A DNA stretch of 11,969 nt from assembly GCA_964247135.1 (NCBI GenBank), contig CAXTTL010000150.1, positions 1 through 11,969 of the forward strand, in the 5' to 3' direction. The DNA comes from an uncultured Deinococcales bacterium. GTDB taxonomy: Bacteria; Deinococcota; Deinococci; Deinococcales; JAAFIG01. Shown piece after piece: positions 8,066 through 11,969 of this stretch (positions are counted from its first letter, which is position 1; every line of letters starts with the position of its first letter). The position numbers were made by a program, and so were the translations under genes. Under the pieces are notes generated by a model. That model ran no database searches and had not been told where the DNA came from. It saw nothing but the letters and a program-made list of their open reading frames with translations.

Positions 8066-9331
8066 TTACTTCGCGTTGGCGTTCCAGAAGGCGACGGCAT
8101 CGTTCAAAGCGGCTTGGGCGCTCTTCTTGCCCAGGAATGCGGCTTCGATGTTGTCGTTAAAGTTCTTGTAGATATCGTCGGTGTTCTTTGGTGACTTCCA
8201 GCCTGGGGTGATGAAGCGTCCCGCGCCTGACACCAAACTGGTGGCGACATCGAGCGCATCGTTCGGGTTGGCGGCTTTGAGGTCGGGGTCTTTTTCAGCG
8301 CCTTTGGTGGTCGGCACGATACCAGCCAGTTTCGAGAATTTGACCTGGTTGGCGTTGTTGGTCATGAACAGCGCAAACAAGGCGGCTTCCTTTTGGTTTT
8401 TGCTGGCTTTGGGAATGACCAGGCTCATGCTGCCACCGGTTTGCACACCCGCCGAACCCAGGGGCGCTTCGACGACTTTGGTTTTGGCGTAAATGTCTTT
8501 GTTGGCGTCTTTGACTCGAGTCAGGGCTTGCGCACCGCCGATGATGAAGGCGCTCTTGCCTTGGCTGTAGAGTTCGTTATTCAGTTGAAACGCTTCTTTG
8601 CGCAGCAGGTCTTGCGGAATCACGTCTGATTTCATGAGGTTGACAAATTTGGTCAGCAGCTTGGCGTGGGCTGGGCTGTTAAACACCGCTTTGCCGTCCT
8701 TCACGATTGGCAGACCCTCGAGGTAAAAATGCCCTAAAAAGCTGGCACCGTTGGGGTCTTTGATCGGGGGTAACCAACCGTAAGCGCCTGTGGCGGCTTT
8801 GATTCGTCTTGACATGCTCAGCACTTCGTTCAGCGTTTTTGGTGGTGATTTGATGCCTGCTTTTTGCAGCAATTCGCTGTTGTAAGCCATCACGCCCTGA
8901 TCGGTCCAACCGTACCAAGGATAGCCGTAATTTTTGCCGTCCACGTTGAACATGCCAATCGTGTTGTCCCAGAATTGTGCGCGGAGTGCATCGTTGCTGG
9001 TCAGGTCATTGACGGGCGTCAACAGTCCGTCTTGGGCAAACGAAGCCGTGGCATCGATCCAGAGGTTGACCACGTCTGGGGTTTTGCCCAGCGCAATCGC
9101 GGCTTGGAGGTCGCGCACCATCGTGTCTTGCTTGTCGGCAAGCTTAACCGTGATGGTCGGGTTTGCCTTTTCAAAATCGCCAATCACGCCCTTCAGGTAC
9201 GGGTCAAACTTGGGCGACAAATACCAGGACCAGAATTCGATCTCGGTTTTTTGGGTTTGTGCCAAACTCGAGATTCCCAAAGCCCCCGTGAGTGCCAAAA
9301 TTCCTGCGCCGATCAGTAACTTCTTGTTCAT
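8066..9331 (-). CDS. Sugar ABC transporter substrate-binding protein (family 1)
   Basis: Start re-called at ATG 9331 (AGGAG-N4-ATG). Signal peptide MNKKLLIGAGILALTGALGISSLA with no lipobox Cys, IEFWSW, FEKANP, GKTPDV, GLLTPV, DGKNYGYPW, GKKSAQAALNDA. Confidence 0.93.
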   Translation of the reverse strand: MNKKLLIGAGILALTGALGISSLAQTQKTEIEFWSWYLSPKFDPYLKGVIGDFEKANPTITVKLADKQDTMVRDLQAAIALGKTPDVVNLWIDATASFAQDGLLTPVNDLTSNDALRAQFWDNTIGMFNVDGKNYGYPWYGWTDQGVMAYNSELLQKAGIKSPPKTLNEVLSMSRRIKAATGAYGWLPPIKDPNGASFLGHFYLEGLPIVKDGKAVFNSPAHAKLLTKFVNLMKSDVIPQDLLRKEAFQLNNELYSQGKSAFIIGGAQALTRVKDANKDIYAKTKVVEAPLGSAGVQTGGSMSLVIPKASKNQKEAALFALFMTNNANQVKFSKLAGIVPTTKGAEKDPDLKAANPNDALDVATSLVSGAGRFITPGWKSPKNTDDIYKNFNDNIEAAFLGKKSAQAALNDAVAFWNANAK

Positions 9332-9435
9332 ACAGCTCCTTTTTTGGTCAGTAATTTTGACCAGTGAATGAATGAGAGAATCATCGCTCGAGCCACGTGG
9401 CGAACAACGAAACATGGATTGCTTTTGCTGGCTCG

Positions 9436-9465
9436 AGTCTAGATCAAAAAGTTGTGACCAGACAA
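9436..9465 (-). promoter_or_regulatory. Candidate promoter of the ABC/catabolic operon
   Basis: Minus strand TTGTCT-N18-TAGACT, overlapping GGTCA-type inverted repeats. Confidence 0.35.
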
Positions 9466-9490
9466 GTCTTAAGTTTGACCTGTCTTGGGT

Positions 9491-10669
9491 TTAACTCGAG
9501 ACAGGTGCGCGAATGCTGCTGAGAACCGCCAGGGCTGCCGCCCCATACAAACCAGAGCGCTCTCCCAAGCGGGTGTAATCGATTCGCAGTTGCCGCGTCG
9601 AAAGTGGCAAACTTTTGGAATAAACACTTTGGCGGATGCTGGCGAGCAGCAACGGACTGATTTGGGCAACCTCGCCGCCAATAAAAATTCTGGAAGGATT
9701 GAGTAAATTTACCGTGGCAGCCAGCACTTGACCGATGGCGCTGCCCGCACGGTGAATGATTTCGTTGGCAGCAATGTCACCGTCCAAAGCCGCTGCCCCA
9801 ACATCCTGGATAGTCAATTCATTTGGTTGTTTGTTCAAGGCTTCGGTTGCCCTCCGAACAATGGCTTGTGCTCCCGCCAGCATCTCGAGGCAACCAACAT
9901 TGCCGCACACACATCGCTGTCCGTTTGGATCGACGCAGATATGGGCGATATCGCCCGCCGCACCGTCCGTGCCACGGTAAATGTCACCCTGGGCAATAAT
10001 CGCCGCGCCAATGCCGGCGCTCAGTTTGACCACCACAAAGTTTTCTGACCTGCTCGAGGTGGGGGCGTTTGTGCGGTGATGCCACAGTTCACCCAATGCC
10101 ATCACGTTGACGTCGTTATCGACAACCACCTTCAAGCCCAAACTCGAGTTGAAATAGTCTTGAAATGACATGCCCTCCCAGCCCGCCATCAAAATCGGGT
10201 GAACCATCGTGCCGCCTTCAAAGTCCACCGGTCCTGGAACGCCCAAACCAATGCGTCCAATGGAGGACGGCTCGAGATGATGTTGTTGCAAAAGGTTTTT
10301 GATGCTTTTGCTGATGGTTGGCATGACGGTTTGCGGACCGCTTCGGACATCAACCTCTTCGCTGGTGATGGCAACAAACTGCAAGTTCGCGTCAGACAGG
10401 GCGATGTGCACCATGTTTGCCCAAAGGTCAACGCCGATCACATGACCAAATCGGGTCGAGAGGTGAACTTCGCTGGCGGGACGCCCCGTGTTCGCATGTT
10501 GCGTGCCGCCCTCCTCGAGCCAGCCTTCCGCCAGCAAATTGCTGACCAGGGCATTCAATTTGCTTTTGGAAAATTTGGTCTGTTCGATCAGCCTGTGACG
10601 CGACGGTGTGCCTTCCCAGAAGACGTGCTCGAGAATGCTGCGTTCGTCGCTGCTGAAGTTTTGGCTCAC
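9491..10669 (-). CDS. ROK family transcriptional regulator (NagC/XylR-like)
   Basis: N-terminal wHTH (SRHRLIEQTKFSKSKLNALVSNLLAEGWL, GRP), GVPGP, DNDVN, GAAGDIAH and intact Zn motif CVCGNVGCLE. Confidence 0.93.
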   Translation of the reverse strand: MSQNFSSDERSILEHVFWEGTPSRHRLIEQTKFSKSKLNALVSNLLAEGWLEEGGTQHANTGRPASEVHLSTRFGHVIGVDLWANMVHIALSDANLQFVAITSEEVDVRSGPQTVMPTISKSIKNLLQQHHLEPSSIGRIGLGVPGPVDFEGGTMVHPILMAGWEGMSFQDYFNSSLGLKVVVDNDVNVMALGELWHHRTNAPTSSRSENFVVVKLSAGIGAAIIAQGDIYRGTDGAAGDIAHICVDPNGQRCVCGNVGCLEMLAGAQAIVRRATEALNKQPNELTIQDVGAAALDGDIAANEIIHRAGSAIGQVLAATVNLLNPSRIFIGGEVAQISPLLLASIRQSVYSKSLPLSTRQLRIDYTRLGERSGLYGAAALAVLSSIRAPVSS

Positions 10670-10675
10670 GGTTTG

Positions 10676-10681
10676 ATTGTA
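10676..10681 (-). promoter_or_regulatory. -10 box TACAAT, leaderless promoter of the ROK regulator
   Basis: Minus strand TACAAT-caaacc-GTG(10669), no SD. Confidence 0.65.
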
Positions 10682-10831
10682 TTGGTTTTGATGAAGACTC
10701 GAGTTTTATTTTAGAAGAGTTTTTTCACGAATAGGATAATCGTGAAACTAATCACGTGATCGTGGTTGCCTCACCTGCTCGAGGCACAAAAGCATGTTTC
10801 ACTCGGGTTGAAGTCAGCCGTTTCCAAACAC

Positions 10832-10860
10832 TTGACCAAAATGAACTTGCCTGTTACACT
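10832..10860 (+). promoter_or_regulatory. Sigma-70 type promoter of tRNA-Ala
   Basis: TTGACC (10832-10837), 17-bp spacer, extended TGn-TACACT (10855-10860), 23 bp upstream of the tRNA. Confidence 0.75.
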
Positions 10861-10883
10861 TCTCTCCGCTCGAGAGAGCATGT

Positions 10884-10958
10884 GGGGGCGTAGCTCAGTG
10901 GGAGAGCGCCGCATTTGCAATGCGGATGTCGTGGGTTCGAATCCCTCCGCCTCCACCA
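10884..10958 (+). tRNA. tRNA-Ala (anticodon TGC)
   Basis: Acceptor stem GGGGGCG/CGCCTCC with the G3:U70 Ala identity pair, discriminator A and encoded CCA. D arm AGCTCAGTGGGAGAGC, anticodon arm CCGCA-TTTGCAA-TGCGG, T loop TTCGAAT. Confidence 0.97.
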
Positions 10959-10962
10959 AACC

Positions 10963-10990
10963 AGACGGGCTTAACGGCTCGTCTTTTTTT
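10963..10990 (+). terminator. Rho-independent terminator after tRNA-Ala
   Basis: Stem-loop AGACGGGCT-TAAC-GGCTCGTCT followed by a T run. Confidence 0.85.
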
Positions 10991-11018
10991 ATGGAAATGT
11001 GAGGCAGACTTTGAAGCG

Positions 11019-11024
11019 TAGAAT
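11019..11024 (+). promoter_or_regulatory. -10 box TAGAAT, probable leaderless promoter of murI-rph
   Basis: TAGAAT-tgaagcc-GTG(11032), downstream of the tRNA terminator. Confidence 0.6.
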
Positions 11025-11031
11025 TGAAGCC

Positions 11032-11862
11032 GTGAACCGAGATGCTCGAGCACCCATAGGCGTTTTTGATTCCGGCGTCGGCGGTTTAACCGTGCTCAAA
11101 GCCTTGCGCGAGCAACTGCCAGGCGAGGATTTCATTTACCTCGGCGACACTGCAAGGTTGCCTTACGGTCGCAAACCTCCCGAAATGGTGCGCGAATTCG
11201 CCCAACAAATCTCGAGTTTTCTCGTCAATCAAGGCGTGAAATTTTTGGTGATCGCCTGCAACACCGCCACCAGTTGCGCCCTGCCAGGACTTGCCGACGA
11301 CCTGCCGATTCCCGTGCTCGGCGTGATCGAACCTGGCGTGGCGGCGGCTCGAGCGATAAACCACGGCGGACAAGTCGGTGTGGTCGCCACCAAAGGCACG
11401 ATCAACGCCCGCGCTTATCAATCCAGGCTCGAGAAAGCTGGGTTGCGCGTCTGGTCGCAAGCCTGCCCCATGTTTGTGCCGTTGGTGGAAGAGGGACTGG
11501 CAGACTCGCCCGAAGCTGAGTTGATTGTCAGGCATTACCTTTCAGACCGCCCGAGTGACCTCGAGGTTTTGATTCTGGGCTGTACGCATTACCCGATGCT
11601 GAAAAACGTGATTGCCAACGAACTCGGAACTGGCGTGGTGATCGTCGATTCTGCCAGCGTCACCGCGAGTGAGACCGCGCTCGAGTTAAGTCAAATGCAG
11701 CTTCTCAACCCAAAAACCAGTGGGGGAGAAGTCATTCATTACGTGACTGGCGACCCGCAAAGTTACCAACACACCGCCAGCGTGATCGGCGGCGTGAACG
11801 GCGAAATCAGGTTGCTCGAGATTGAAAAACTTTTGGAAAGAAGCCCCCAACATGCCAACTAG
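11032..11862 (+). CDS. murI: Glutamate racemase
   Basis: PIGVFDSGVGGLTV, GDTARLPYG, catalytic ACNTAT and LGCTHYP. Start at GTG 11032 is preferred; the alternative is GTG 10999. Confidence 0.97.
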   Translation: MNRDARAPIGVFDSGVGGLTVLKALREQLPGEDFIYLGDTARLPYGRKPPEMVREFAQQISSFLVNQGVKFLVIACNTATSCALPGLADDLPIPVLGVIEPGVAAARAINHGGQVGVVATKGTINARAYQSRLEKAGLRVWSQACPMFVPLVEEGLADSPEAELIVRHYLSDRPSDLEVLILGCTHYPMLKNVIANELGTGVVIVDSASVTASETALELSQMQLLNPKTSGGEVIHYVTGDPQSYQHTASVIGGVNGEIRLLEIEKLLERSPQHAN

Positions 11863-11969
11863 ACAAAACCGCAGCAACCTGGAAACCCGCGCCCTAAGCG
11901 TTCAACGCGGCGTGAACCGTTACGCCGAAGGTTCGGCGCTGGTGAAACTCGGCAACACCGAAGTGCTCG
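11852..11969 (+). CDS. rph: Ribonuclease PH, N-terminus (3'-truncated by window edge)
   Basis: Not in the ORF track. ATG 11852 gives MPTRQNRSNLETRALSVQRGVNRYAEGSALVKLGNTEVL, matching the RNase PH AEGS-x-LV-x-x-G-x-T-x-VL motif. murI-rph synteny is common. Confidence 0.88.
   Translation, partial: MPTRQNRSNLETRALSVQRGVNRYAEGSALVKLGNTEVL

Larger units (their letters stand above)
508..11820. repeat. Dispersed, highly iterated palindrome CTCGAG (about 81 copies)
   Basis: Hand count of about 81, e.g. at 508, 650, 756, 1003, 1080, 1141, 1264, 2531, 2582, 2621, 3344, 3427, 7938, 8055, 9387, 9432, 10698, 10778, 10869 and 11815. About 3 are expected from base composition. Confidence 0.95.

Noticed and set aside
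9332-9415. 28-aa N-terminal extension of the binding protein
   Set aside because: A strong AGGAG SD and the signal peptide begin at ATG 9331.
10931-10947. U:U mismatch in the tRNA T-stem (GTGGG/CCCTC)
   Set aside because: A similar mismatch occurs in other bacterial tRNA-Ala(TGC) genes, and all identity elements are intact, so this is not a pseudogene.
10884-10990. tRNA as an integration site for a genomic island
   Set aside because: No integrase and no duplicated tRNA 3' end seen. The tRNA is followed directly by its terminator and the core genes murI-rph.
10766-11002. ORFs 10766-11002 (+) and 10771-10959 (-)
   Set aside because: Shadows of the tRNA-Ala gene and its promoter. MVEAEGFEPTTS is a typical antisense-tRNA translation.
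508-11820. CTCGAG repeats as a CRISPR array, FtsK-orienting KOPS or cloning scars
   Set aside because: Spacing is irregular, there is no long repeat unit, a palindrome cannot be polar like KOPS, and the sites sit within intact conserved reading frames.

Overview
Bacterial chromosomal segment, most likely Deinococcota. The evidence is the gene content, a Cys-less ROK kinase and repeated TANNNT-N6/7-start leaderless promoters; GC is only ~50-55% by eye. Gene order: partial ftsK, Uma2/DUF820 nuclease-fold gene and rhomboid protease (+); metallophosphoesterase (-); PfpI/DJ-1 protein (+); a six-gene minus-strand amino-sugar cluster (ROK repressor, ABC substrate-binding protein, two permeases, SIS-domain sugar-phosphate deaminase, ROK kinase); tRNA-Ala(TGC) with promoter and terminator; murI and the start of rph (+). 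The most striking feature is not a gene. The palindrome CTCGAG occurs about 81 times by hand count, against about 3 expected by chance. It is found in genes and intergenic DNA and encodes nearly every Leu-Glu pair in the five genes checked, like a HIP1-type highly iterated palindrome. Also present are GTAG-type REP-like hairpins, a candidate leaderless 16-aa uORF and candidate operators.
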